A DNA stretch of 60,295 bases, filler included, from Dimargaris cristalligena (Eukaryota): NCBI GenBank assembly GCA_003614675.1. It is 2 parts of 2 records of this genome, joined end to end, with 100 filler letters (N's around TTAATTAATTAA, not from the genome) between each part and the next. Parts side by side here need not be neighbours in the genome. Positions count along the whole stretch, not along the records: positions 30,210 to 60,295 come from ML002467.1; 1 more part is not named here. One strand, written 5' to 3'. Position numbers and translations under genes: made by a program. The notes below the pieces were generated by a model. That model did no database searches and had not been told where the DNA came from. It worked only from the letters and a program-made list of their open reading frames with translations. Below, piece by piece: positions 46,301 to 60,295 of this stretch (position 1 is the stretch's first letter; the number at the start of each line of letters is the position of its first letter).

Positions 46301-49028
46301 GCGTTCGGCCATGACGAACCCCGCGAATGCCACCTCCTTTGGGTTGACCGGCTGGAATCCCCGGTTGGAACAATCGGGCCTTAATGATTATCTGATGAGT
46401 ATAGGCGCCCCCCCTGGCACGCCGGCCAGTCGGGGCCATCACCGTACCCCATCGAGTGGAAGTGCCAATACCAATGTGACGGGTGCTAAACAGGATGTTA
46501 CCAATCTGATCGCACAGCTCGAGCTCAAGGACTTTGAGCTTCAGAAAACCCAGTTGTTCCACCAGGAACAATCCAAGAAACTCATTCGGGCCAACTCCCG
46601 CATCGAATACCTCGAGCTGGTGATTAGTAATAACGAAAAGGCCATGGAACACCTGCAGCGGGATCTTAACGACAAGCTCGACACCATCCAGCAGTTCAAA
46701 CGCCGCCTAGATTCGGCGGCCGCTGAAGGGGTAGGCGCTAGTGATGCACCCATGAGTACTTCACCCGCCTCGGCCAATGGCCTGGCGGGCAACAGTGGCA
46801 AAGAGCCCGTTATTAATGAGGAGCAGTTGGCGGATTTGATCGCCCGCAACCAGGCCACCGTGAGGGGTGTCGAGTCACTGTTTACCCATATCCAGTCCAA
46901 CTTTGGTTTCTCGGCCCAGCAGCTTCAGCGGATGCGGGCCGCTTCTTCGCCTCCGTCATCGGTGATTACAGGTACAACCACCCAAGAGGATAACCAGGCA
47001 ATGCATATGATGTGTACCGACCTCGTCTCGCCCTCTGCCAATAGTCCCACCAATTGGAACGGAAATACCGGCCCGGTACTTTCACTCCCTAACGCCATGC
47101 TCAAGGAACTGGCCGCGGCCCTGGTACGGGGTGACCACGACACTGTGTTCCAGGAATTATGCGCGTATGTCAACGATATGCGCCGTACAGGTGAGGCCTG
47201 CCAAACCCTGCTGCAATGTCTACTGCGCAAGTGTCAGCCCGAAGAGGATGACCCCAGCTCATCTGAGGCCTATTCTTCCCCGACCTTCCATTCCGTGCCC
47301 CATCTCCTGGATAATCTGCATACGTTTCAGAAGCGGATGGATGTGTACCGCCACTTAGTCAATCTGGTGGAGAGTGTTGAGGCTGCCGTCCGTAAATACG
47401 TAGCTGGCGACAATGGGCCTGCTGGAAATCCTGGCAACGATAACAAAGGCCTGGATGACGAGCAAGCCAATGCCCTACAGGAACTCGAGCACGAAGTCCG
47501 GTCTTTGGCTTCGGCCCACCTACCCCATCTGGTTATGCCAGCGCCCCAGGCCCACCCCATCACCTCTCTTGTGGCCCATTGCCACAGCCTTCGGGATACG
47601 GTAGCTACCATTCACCGTGAATTGCCCGACCAGCAGCGGCTGCTTGATACAATCGAGTCGTTGCGGGATACCCTAGGCCGAAACCAGTTGGAATGCGACC
47701 AATTGCGTCAGCAGAACCGGCTTCTGTCAGTACCGACCCACCTGGAGGCCCCGGCCTCCTCCAACGCCCTGGCGATTGGAACCGCTTTAGATCGAGTCCA
47801 TTCGCCCGCTATCAGCGTGGCCGCAGCGCAACGACAGTCCGATTTGGAAGCCGAAATTGACCAATACCGTGCCAAAATAACCGTACTCGCCCATGAGAAA
47901 CACGAGGCTCTCCAAGAAACCACCGATCTACGTCACAAATGTAAACACTGGTCCGACCAGTGCTACCAGTATGAAAAGGATCTGCGCACCGAACAGCGCC
48001 ACGGTAAAGCTCTAGCGGAAGACCTGGACAACACCCAGGAAACGCTCCATCGGCTCCAGACCCAACTGGAAACCAAGAAACACGACCTGGAAGCGGCCGA
48101 AAGGTTCATTGACCAGCTCCAACACGAGAGCCAACTAGCCAAGGCGGACTACCAGGAACTGGAGTCGCATATCAGTCGGGTCAGCAACCTTGACTCGTCG
48201 ACTCAGCAAAGCTTGGAGGCGCTTCGTCGGGAAAATGCGCAATTGATCCAGGACCTCCAGCACCAGCAGCAGGCCTTACAAGAGGCGCGCCAGTCTGACG
48301 AGGGTAAAGTGAAGGCCCTGGAGAAGGAACTGGCCACCCTTCGTGAGCAACTGTCGGTGCAAAAGGTCATCAGTTCGCCAACCGCCGACTACAGCGGCTT
48401 CGACCGTCTCCTCCAGTTTGAACGGGACAAGCACACGGCCGAACTCCGGCGCTCCAAGGTTAAACACCGCGACGAACTCGTTCAGGAACGCAACCGGGCC
48501 AATCAGCAGGCCCGCGAACTCGAACAGGGCATTCGTTACTGGCGCTCCCTACTCCAACGCGAGCAAAGCTTCCGGGCTGACCTTGGGTACCAGAAGCAGT
48601 ACCTCCTGATGCTCATCGGCGGCTGGGAGCAAGTCAAGAGTGCCACTTTAGTCATGATTACGAAAATGGGACTCTACTCCCAAAATCCCGCCCCGCGCCG
48701 CAACCCGACGATACTGAAATTCCGCAAGGCGGTGGTGGCGATTATTTATATCAAACGCATGTCGGCGTTGGCAGCGCACTACCGGCGTATTCAGGAATTG
48801 AAATTGCCGGCGGCCGTTGCAGCCAAGCCGTCGTCCACGACTACAGCCGACGCGGCGACTGCATTGGTACGGCGCGGCGGTGCTAATGGGGAGGGAGGGA
48901 GTAGTGGGATACCGCTGCCTCCGCTGGGGGTGGTGACGGGTGGCCGCCGAGTCTTTGGAAATGAAATTAGTTCGCGCTTTGGGCTGCCCAGTATGGCCAG
49001 CCAGCCTAATCTAGGCCGTCGCCAATAG
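40355..49028 (+). CDS. Very large coiled-coil spindle-pole-body/centrosome protein with C-terminal PACT domain (Pcp1/pericentrin-like); predicted exons 40355-40475, 40727-41165, 41358-41505, 41670-49028 (~2688 aa)
   Basis: Long heptad regions. C-terminal REQSFRADLGYQKQYLLMLIGG...ITKMG...KFRKAVVAIIYIKRM fits the PACT consensus. Three GT-AG introns join upstream exons in frame; the 5' exons are less certain than the main ORF. Confidence 0.82.
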
Positions 49029-51137
49029 AGCCGACCCTACCTCCCCAGTCCACCCTTACCATGCCCTTCTCTCGGTGTCTTATACAACACTTCACCTGCA
49101 TTTCTCTGCATTGTTCGCTTTTTTATTATTACTTTTCTACTTTGGAAAGAACATCCTTTCGTATACTATAGCCGCCTTTTTTTTTTGATGTTGTATTTAC
49201 CCCTTTTTCCTCTAGGGAAGGATGGGTTCTCGTTCAATAATTTACATACTCACATCAACGCGCTGTCCCAATGTCATCCCATCTATGCCACATTACCATT
49301 CTTTGCCCTCACCTTAATAATATATATATATATATATATTATCTTATACATACACTTCTAATTGTTTTTTTCTTGGGTTTTAATATATATTATTCTTTTT
49401 TTTTGTACTGTGATACCACTGTCATTCAACTTAATTGATACACGTCCTGGCTATGGATGCTAACCAGCGATACTTTTACCACCCGTAAGTTCCGCAAATA
49501 AAGTCACACATTAGATATTATAGACAAGCTGTTGGCCTTCTTTAGATACACGGAGTAGTATATTTTTGGTGGGGACGGGATGTTCAAAGGACGGTCTAAA
49601 TTTAGGACCGATGTTTATGGCGACGAGGGGGCTTTCAACCCTTGGCGATTGTAATACCAGGTGAATCCATGTACTTCGAAGTGCATGCCGACCAATACTC
49701 CGAAAAAAGCAAACGGGTGGGTTGAAGGTAGTAACTGACTATGCACATATGAGATGTTTACCACGGGTGAGAATGTCCTGAGATGGTCAAGTAAGGTACC
49801 CAAGTGTCACCACCATCCACTTCAGCAAGGGGGGGTGGTGTGGCGAACCGCTTGGTAAGTGACACTACGCCAATGTTCCCCTACGGTAACCCATTTTGAC
49901 CGTATGCATGAGGGAAAGTCACTCTAGCATCCCAGACCAACGACTTATAATCAATCCGCATAGCGTGCCGGAATTAGAGTGAAAACTGGAGTCCAAAGTA
50001 GCACCTTTCTCCTGCTTAACACATCACTATTGTTCCCATCTTATACCTTCCCACCTTTACTCTACCTCCTTTTAAGTTCTAGTCACCTTCCTTTGTACAT
50101 TTGCATTTTTGTGACCAGTGCGTCATGCTGTGGTGATTCTATGGTCTAGGACATACATATTTGCCTAATGACCACGGAAGGGGTTTGTGGTTTAAACCAG
50201 GGGGGCGGGGGGTACGATTGGCGGCATCTACCAGAGTCGGCGGTTTGATCCGGGTGAACCTATCCGACCGGTGGCGGCCAGACAGGAGGGATAGTATGGA
50301 GTCTGCCCTTCGAATATTTATGCCTATTCTACAAATCTCCCGAAATAAAATATAGCTGGATACCAGTCGTGTATTATTAGTAAGATGTGAAGGGGTAAAT
50401 CACTTGCTGACAAGTTGGTAAAGGAAAGAGATCGAAATACGACCTTACTTCGCCAAATAGACGGGATTACATAAGAATCGTCCAGTTTTCCTATCCTTGG
50501 GGCAAAGCCATTAATACTAGATCCTCCTAAACGAAGAGGTAAAGCGACATGGTCCAATGAGTATGGGATGGAGTAGTCCGATGAACCTTCAACCAATGGC
50601 AATTAAACCAGCTGTCATTCCGACTAAATAGAATAGTCTCGGAGCTCTGAGCATGGGTGCATTACAACTGTACCTTACCGAGTGAAGCCGCGGGTACCTG
50701 ATGCTACAGGGGATCAGTCAGAAAAAGGGGTTGGGGAAATGAATTACAGGGTCGATGGATCCTAGGAATCTGCAGGTGTCGAGTAAAGCAGTTCAGGAGA
50801 AGGTATTAAAAGGAGGAGCGCAAATAGGAGGTAGAGGGGGGTGGCGGGGAGAGAATGGCGGTTCTGATTGGAATAAGGCATGTCGAGACTCAAAGAACCT
50901 AAATTGGCTGATACTGAGCCGGCTCTCACTCTTCACTGGTGTCGTGAATCAGGACACCGACGATAGCGGAAGTTTACCGGGGTACATGCGACCAGACAAG
51001 CTGTATACTCACTGATCCGTTCAGGTCTGACCGTTGATGGGTTTCTGGAATGTCCCGAGACTCCCCGCTAGAGAAGTAGCCGGATATTGCCAGGGTACCA
51101 CCACCACGAATACACCGCAGGATCTGAAATGCGTATG

Positions 51138-51140
<3 letters not shown>

Positions 51141-51172
<32 letters not shown>
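51141..51172. repeat. (TC)n microsatellite upstream of the secreted repeat protein gene
   Basis: About 16 TC units read directly. Confidence 0.9.
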
Positions 51173-51175
<3 letters not shown>

Positions 51176-51494
51176 AGAAACGTATCGCCCATATATAATG
51201 GAGCTCCCCGCCGCTCTCTGGTGTTCCGACATCGCTCCATCGGCACTCAATCTAGTGTTATCTTTACCGCGCCCCCTCCTCGCGTTCCATTCTCCTCTAT
51301 CATCCATATATATCTACCCGTAGTTTAGTTTTCGGCAGTCAACTTTGTATTGTAATACATACTTCATAGCTCTATACCTGTCCATATTGAACCATACTCG
51401 GTCAATCTTTATATCTTCCCTCACTTACCCACTATCTTTATTCGTCCTGTTTCTCACCGTTTTCTCAAAAAAAATATACTATTCATCAACAAAA

Positions 51495-52931
51495 ATGAAG
51501 GTCAACACTATCTACTACGTTGCTCTCTGGGCCGCTACCTTGGCTTTGAGCGCCTCGGCTGCTCCCAACGCCGTAGCGGAAATTCGCGCAGTCTATGCCC
51601 GCGGATACGGTTCCGATAATCATGATGGACATGGGCCTAGCTACGGCGGCCACGGTGGTCACGATTCCGGCTACGGTCACGGCGGCGATTCCGGCCACGG
51701 ACACGGTGGACATGGCCCGGACAACAACCGCTCCGGTCCCGGTTACGGCCATGGTGGCCATGATTCCGGCCACGGTGGCTCCCACTACCGCCGGGTGCCT
51801 GACTCCAGCCCTGGTTACGGCAGTAGCGGACCCAGCGGCCATGGCCACAACTCCGGTGGTGGTGGTGGTGGTCACGGTCATGACCAGGGCTATGGTCACA
51901 GCGACTACCATTACGGCTCCGAGTACCACCGTGGCAGTGAATACAGCCACAGCAACTATAACAACAACGGCCACGGAAAGGAGGGTGGTGGTCACTCCAG
52001 CGACGCCGGGAAGGGCTACAGCGGAGCCCCTGCTCCCAAGGGCTATCGGCGGGACTATAATCCTGGAAAGGACTACGGCAAAGGCGCCCCGGCCCCCAGC
52101 AAAGATTACGATCACGGGCCAGTCGATGACGGCAAGAAGCCCGCTGATAACTACGATCAAGGCAAGAAGCCCGCTGATAACTACGATCAAGGCAAGAAGC
52201 CGGCTGACGACTACGATCAAGGCAAGAAGCCGGCTGACGACTACGATCAGGGCAAGAAGCCGGCCGACGACTACAAGCCTGCGCCAGTGGATCAATACAA
52301 GAAACCCGCCGATGATTACAGTCGGGGTCAGGAGGAAGTCAAGAAGCCCGCTGATGATTATAAGCCTGCGCCAGTAGTGGACCAATACAAGAAGCCAGCC
52401 GACGACTACGATCAGGGCAAGAAGCCGGCCGACGATTATAAGCCTGCGCCAGTAGTGGACCAATACAAGAAGCCCGCCGACGACTACGATCAGGGCAAGA
52501 AGCCGGCTGACGACTACAAGCCTGCGCCAGTGGATCAGTACAAGAAACCTGCCGACGATTACAGTCGGGGACAAGAGGAGGTCAAGAAGCCGGCGGACAA
52601 CTACAAGCCTGCGCCAGTAGATGAAGGCAAGAAGCCCGCCGACGATTACAAGCCTGCGTCAGTGGATCAGGGTAAGAAGCCCGCCGATAACTACGATCAA
52701 GGCAAGAAGCCCGCCGATGACTACAAGTCGGGGCCAGTGGATCAGGGCAAGAAGCCCGCTGACGACTACAAGCCTGCGCCAGTTGATCAAGGCAAGAAAC
52801 CCGCCAATAACTACGATCAAGGCAAGAAGCCTGCCGATGACTACAAGCCGGCGCCAGTGGATCAGGACAAGAAGCCCGCCGGCGACTCGTACAAAGACAG
52901 CAACCCCCACGGATCTTCGGACAAATACTAA
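51495..52931 (+). CDS. Secreted Gly/His/Tyr-rich protein with 20 KKPA(D/N)(D/N)Y-type repeats (478 aa)
   Basis: aaaaATG start; signal peptide MKVNTIYYVALWAATLALSASA-AP; GH-rich N-terminal half; RR sites; repeat array at ~52134-52881. Confidence 0.88.
   Translation: MKVNTIYYVALWAATLALSASAAPNAVAEIRAVYARGYGSDNHDGHGPSYGGHGGHDSGYGHGGDSGHGHGGHGPDNNRSGPGYGHGGHDSGHGGSHYRRVPDSSPGYGSSGPSGHGHNSGGGGGGHGHDQGYGHSDYHYGSEYHRGSEYSHSNYNNNGHGKEGGGHSSDAGKGYSGAPAPKGYRRDYNPGKDYGKGAPAPSKDYDHGPVDDGKKPADNYDQGKKPADNYDQGKKPADDYDQGKKPADDYDQGKKPADDYKPAPVDQYKKPADDYSRGQEEVKKPADDYKPAPVVDQYKKPADDYDQGKKPADDYKPAPVVDQYKKPADDYDQGKKPADDYKPAPVDQYKKPADDYSRGQEEVKKPADNYKPAPVDEGKKPADDYKPASVDQGKKPADNYDQGKKPADDYKSGPVDQGKKPADDYKPAPVDQGKKPANNYDQGKKPADDYKPAPVDQDKKPAGDSYKDSNPHGSSDKY
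52134..52881 (+). repeat. Coding tandem repeat array of 30-48 nt units (aagaagccNgcNgaNgactac...)
   Basis: 20 units beginning KKPA; variants DQG, KPAPVDQY/G and SRGQEEV. Confidence 0.92.
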
Positions 52932-53499
52932 AAACGGCCCCACTATTCTTATCTTTCCCCCCTCCCCCTTTCTCCCGTGTATTACAGATATACACCCATT
53001 ATTACTACTCTTCGTGCATAGCCTGCACCATTTAAGTTAACCCATAATAAAGTAGCCAATACTGATTGCATACCATTGCTTTTTATTTAGCTTGTCCTAC
53101 CAGCCAATCACATAAATATCCCATATGTTGTCCAAGATGATTTGGGACGGGTGTCCGGAATTGCTGAATGAACTTTCGGACTAGCATTTTTAACCTGGTC
53201 CTGCTACTTATTATGTGTGTTACATGGCATGCCAAAGTGGATTGGCATTATAAATCAATACCGGAGAAGCCGGCATCTCAGTTCAACGCTGCCATTCCAT
53301 ACATCAACTCGGCGAGTACCATCCATCCTAATTCCTACCATTTCCGAACGGCGATTAAACTCGGGATTTGCATACCCCTACAATCAACAGTGACCTCAGC
53401 AACGTGGGTCAGACACAACACCATGGTGATCCCAAAGTAAGCATAAAATGAACTCAGTCCAACCTGAATAATTATTTATTGCTAATTTACAATTGGGGT

Positions 53500-56058
<2,559 letters not shown>

Positions 56059-56829
56059 GGCAGGGCTATATATGCTATACGCTATAGAAAGGGTTGCGGA
56101 TTGTATTGGAGAGGAGTATCAAGCCGAACGCGCGTACGCTGAACACGTCCGCAAGAATATAAGGCCCGCTGCGAAGCAAGGAGGAGATTATTTAGGAAGA
56201 GGAGGAGGTCTCAAACAAGAAGGCATTAAGAAAGAAGGAGAATTAAGGGAGCGAATCTAGCTTTAAAAAAAAGCAGGCAGGGATGGGCGGTGAATACTTC
56301 TTGTGGGGAGAAACGGAAGCAGGGAATCTCCTGGACCAAGAGCATATAGCCACAAGCAAAGAAGAACCCAATGGGAGGAGTCGCTACTACACCAAGGCAA
56401 GGACTGGCGGGGTCCTGGTCTCTGGTAAGGTGACTGACTATGTGTAGCCTAACACGAACCCTTGTTTGCAAACCTCCATGCCCCACTTATTACCCGTCAC
56501 TTTGGGCCTGGCTCGCAAAAAGGGGAGAGAAGGGAGGGGCGGCCAGCCAACTCTTACACTGGGGGTATATGCAGAGCGAGAAGCAGCGCCCACGAGATGA
56601 TTAAATTGCCCTTATAGAAGAGGGGAGTCGTTCCCCCCAGCAGCAGCCCATACGCGCATACATCATATACTCCTCAGAAACTAGACTAGATGAGCTAGTT
56701 AGTTAGCAACAACCAGCCCACTGCAATCTCTGTTACACCACCACTCACTTCCTTCTTCTCTCCCATTAGTATATATCCATTCCTCCACTATTTCTTAATC
56801 CCCCTAAACTCCGCTTTACGTCTACCAAT

Positions 56830-58048
56830 ATGCCCCAATGTCAACTATCAACCACTGCCTTCGGCACTCTAGCCGCCCATTGTACCAAATACCCCTGGCA
56901 GGCCGTTCAGGGTGTCCTTCTCGCTCCCGTTAACTCCACAGCCCCGGTCCAAGTCACCCAGGCCATCCCGATCAGTCACCTATGGTGTGGCCTCGCCCCC
57001 ATGGTGGAAATCGCTCTCCAACAGGTATGTACACATCCCCCATAAACGAGAATGCCTACTCCTACTACTGGCACCCCCCTCCCCCGCATATCACCCACGG
57101 AAGCTGGCGTCTCCTCAAACTGCGAGGGCTGGATAAATGCGCACAGTTGGTTAGATAGCCTGGCTCGCCAGCCTTATATTCATATACCCCCATTTAAACC
57201 TCCCCTCTGTTACTCTACTCCTACAGGTACAACTCTTCTGCGAAAAAAACAAGCTGCGGGTGGCCGGCTTCTATTATGCCAACGAACTGAAGGACGACCA
57301 ACAGCTGACATCTGCCGTGGAGGCCATCGCTGATAAAATACTGGCCCAAAATCCCGAAGCCATAGTGCTACTTGTAAGCATCATATTCTATGTAACCATC
57401 TCTCCCCTGGCTGATTACAGTTACCTATTGTTATGACTGTAGTATCCCTTGAATGGTCAATGCAGCACGTAACTTATGTGAGGTATTTCCTTCTAGCTTA
57501 AATGGCCTCTATATCTATGTATGACGGTTAGAAAACTAACATCCACTGCCAACCCCAATTATGGAACTGCCATTCCCGTTCCCGTATGTCACAGATTAAC
57601 AACCAGGAGCTCCACGCAGCCGACCAAACCGGCCTACCGCTGATTGTAAGTCTCTATGAAAGAAATGTATTTCTTACACTTAGACAACAGTGCATTTTCC
57701 CATCAGGCCGCGCCTGGTCCGATTTACTGAACCGCCATTGCCTATTCATTAATCACCAACTTTATATTCCAACCCACCCATCAATTTATGACGATATTAT
57801 TATTAATACCCCAGCCCTTCGAATACCAGAACAAGCACTGGTCCCGCGTCCAAGGGCTGACCTCCACCCCAACCTCGTTATCCTCCGATACCTTTACCCT
57901 TTCGCTAGAGTCCCCCGAAACCTGGTCGACCGTCCGTCGTTTGCTAACCAAGGTGGCCAGCAACAAGGTTAATGTCCTCGACTTTGACGACCACCTGCAA
58001 TCGCCATCGGGTGACTGGATGGAGAACGCCCAGCTCTGGCAGTCGTAA
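56830..58048 (+). CDS. EMC8: ER membrane complex subunit EMC8/9 (UPF0172, MPN-like); exons 56830-57024, 57227-57373, 57595-57645, 57815-58048
   Basis: HCTKYPWQAVQGVLL, AIPISH, LAPMVEIALQQ|V, VAGFYYANE, IADKI, LDFDDHL...DWMEN; three in-frame GT-AG introns. Confidence 0.88.
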
Positions 58049-58317
58049 ACCCCTCCCCATAATGGGTAATATTTTCCATCACTACCCCCTTCTATACTCT
58101 TTCTCTACATAAAAAGGACTCCGCAATTGCCATGATGTTACGTTCCGCGAATGTTTAAGGTGGTATGTTATACCGTGTTTATAAACCTAGAAATACAGCA
58201 AATGAGGAGTAGGCCACACCCCGAACAGAGGCCATGAGTTGAAATTAAGTCCCGCTGGTTGGGCTGAAATTAGTCTCGAGCCAGGAGGAGGAAAATAAGA
58301 GACATTAAACAAGAAGG

Positions 58318-58349
<32 letters not shown>

Positions 58350-58495
58350 GGTATGTGAAGAGTAGCCCTTCTCGTTCTAAAGGTAGTAAAAGGGCTTGTT
58401 CGTAAGTGAGGTATTAGGATATTCAAAACTTGGGGAAATTTCCAAAACCAACAAAAAAAGATATGATCCGATTAATTCATAGCTAAGAACCACTC

Positions 58496-60004
58496 TCACG
58501 CCCGGGACTCGGCAATGTATGCTGGGCTGGCGTTGTCATAGTCCGCCGTGAAGAATTCGTCGGTATTTTTTTGTAAAAACCTATTTGACCCAAATGCAGT
58601 TATAGGTAGGAAAAATCAGGGGGGATAGTGTTAGTAAGCCGGAATAGGATGCTGCAAGGCTAACCATTGAAATTTATAAAAAATGAACGGCCAGGGAGTA
58701 TCTTTATTGCCCAGGTTCGACTAGAGTGATGGTTTGAATTATAGCCGAGTGGAGTTTCAAAGCGGAGGGTCTTACTTTAATATATCGGCCAAATGTTCCT
58801 TGAGAAGAGCGATGGCTTCGGCGTCCATATTGGTATGTGCGATCAGGGATGGGAGTTGGACTAATGATACAAAGCAGAGAGGCCGTGCATAGGTTAGAGG
58901 CGACCGATGTAAGGGGATGTGAATACGCGTACGCTAGTCAAGAAGAGGCTACCAGTATATTTCATATAAAGGTAAATTGGCACAGTTCAAAGATCATGCC
59001 GACAAGAAATGGTTGATATTATATATATTGCAAAGCCTTACCAAAGAGCCGTAACAGGTGCTCGGCACCATAAATATCACACACCGGGGTATCCGGGTGC
59101 TTTTTGATGACTTCCGAGAACTGGAGCCGTTCGAACCGATAGAGGAGGATGTTACCCAATGCCCGATTAAAGTAGAGCTTCAGACCCTCCAATATTTCCT
59201 CTAGGATATCTTCGTTGTGCCTATTGTGCGTTTATCAATGGTTTTTTTTTAAAAATGATAATAATGATAATAATATGAGTACCATGGTTGGTATGGGATG
59301 TTTCGGTCGCTGGGTTAGGTTGGGTATTGGATTAAGCAGGCATTGCCTTCCCCATGGGGGATAGATATCAAAATTAATTAATAAATAAAATCATAACAAT
59401 TATAATGAACTACACTTTAATCCAAAACCGATCTGCAGGTAACTTACCGGTCATGGCCATTTTTCTTTTTGCTGGCGGATTCGGATTTGGATTGTTGGTA
59501 AAGGGCGAGGATTTCATTCACGGTGGGTTTACGGGGTAGGGGCACGATTTGATGATCCTTGGTAATATGTTCCCAATCATCGACAAGCAGGGCTTTGAGT
59601 GGGTTGGGGATCGGAATCCGGATTTCCGGGCGGCGGACGTACTCCTCTTCTTTTTCGACTGACGGATCGCGGGGCCGTTTCCGCCCCCCTCGCTCGTGGC
59701 TGTTGTTGGGGGAAGCATTGGTAGTGGAGGGCTGGCTGGTCTTATCGCGGGCGGTGGCGGGGGTCGTGGAGGGAGTGGTAGTGGTGGTCACCCCCGTGGC
59801 GACGGCGGTAGACTTCTTTTTAGTGCTATGCATATCTTTAAGCTGGCGTTGCTTATCCAGGTTTTCCGCGTCGTATTTGAGTACACGGGTTTCGGGCACC
59901 CACTCGTCCCAGGTTTGTTTCCAGCCTTTGTAGTGGATTAGGTAATGGGGGCCTTCTTCGTCTTCGTCTGGTTCCTTTCCGGTCCAGAAATCGGCCTTGA
60001 GAAT
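58496..60004 (-). CDS. EAF3: Eaf3/MRG15 chromo-barrel + MRG domain protein, 5'-partial (first exon beyond window end); four exons visible
   Basis: [110 protein letters not shown] at 58498-58496. Confidence 0.92.
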
Positions 60005-60120
60005 CTAGAATGGGGGAGGGAGTAGAGAGGGGAGGGTAAATGGGTGGGAGGTGAGACGATAGAGATAACTGTGTATAGTATATGTGTAGATATATTTACG
60101 TAAACGAAACAATGGAGGAA

Positions 60121-60142
60121 GAGAGAGAGAGAGAGAGAGAGA
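60121..60142. repeat. (GA)n microsatellite, probably within the EAF3 intron
   Basis: About 11 GA units read directly. Confidence 0.85.
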
Positions 60143-60295
60143 AAAGAAAGACCGATTCGGTTGCAGGAATGAGCGAAAGCAAAATAAAGAAAATAAAGGC
60201 AGGCGAGGGACTCTATCGGATAGCGAGGCTGTATGCGTTTTTGGGGGGGGGGGGGTTCGATTCAGTGGGGATTTCTTTAGGGTGGCACCGAGCAA

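Noticed and set aside
52134-52881. CRISPR-like appearance of the repeat array
   Set aside because: Unit lengths are multiples of 3 with synonymous variation, there are no unique spacers or cas genes, and the context is eukaryotic.
51486-53040. Long hydrophobic antisense and alternate-frame ORFs over the repeat gene
   Set aside because: These are shadow frames of a repetitive, stop-poor coding sequence.

Overview
This is eukaryotic, fungal-type genomic DNA with GT-AG introns and CTAAC-like branch sites. The gene set (a Kv-type K+ channel, a PACT-domain SPB protein, Sas3 and Eaf3) points to a non-ascomycete, probably early-diverging fungus. My impression is Zoopagomycota, Dimargaris-like, but I have not verified that. 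The window is two ~30 kb pieces joined by an artificial 100-nt spacer (44 N + TTAATTAATTAA + 44 N, 30110-30209). Conserved genes are a voltage-gated K+ channel, a DHA2-type MFS transporter, Med22, an unknown multi-pass membrane protein, mitochondrial DnaJ (Mdj1), importin-11/Kap120, a pericentrin/Pcp1-like PACT protein, a Sas3-like MYST acetyltransferase, EMC8/9 and Eaf3/MRG15 (5' end outside the window). There is also a secreted Gly/His-rich protein with 20 KKPADDY-type repeats. The most striking region is ~21.4-33.4 kb. It holds a ~4 kb tandemly duplicated cassette, and each copy carries an intronless gene combining an N-terminal signal peptide with two C-terminal C2H2 zinc fingers. These are candidate secreted transcription-factor-mimic effectors. 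They sit among LTR relics, including a clean 565-bp solo LTR with a 5-bp TSD, and near a ~1.6 kb stretch with no CpG at all. The first 88 nt of the window are a copy of 7811-7898 and supply the stop codon of the K+ channel ORF.
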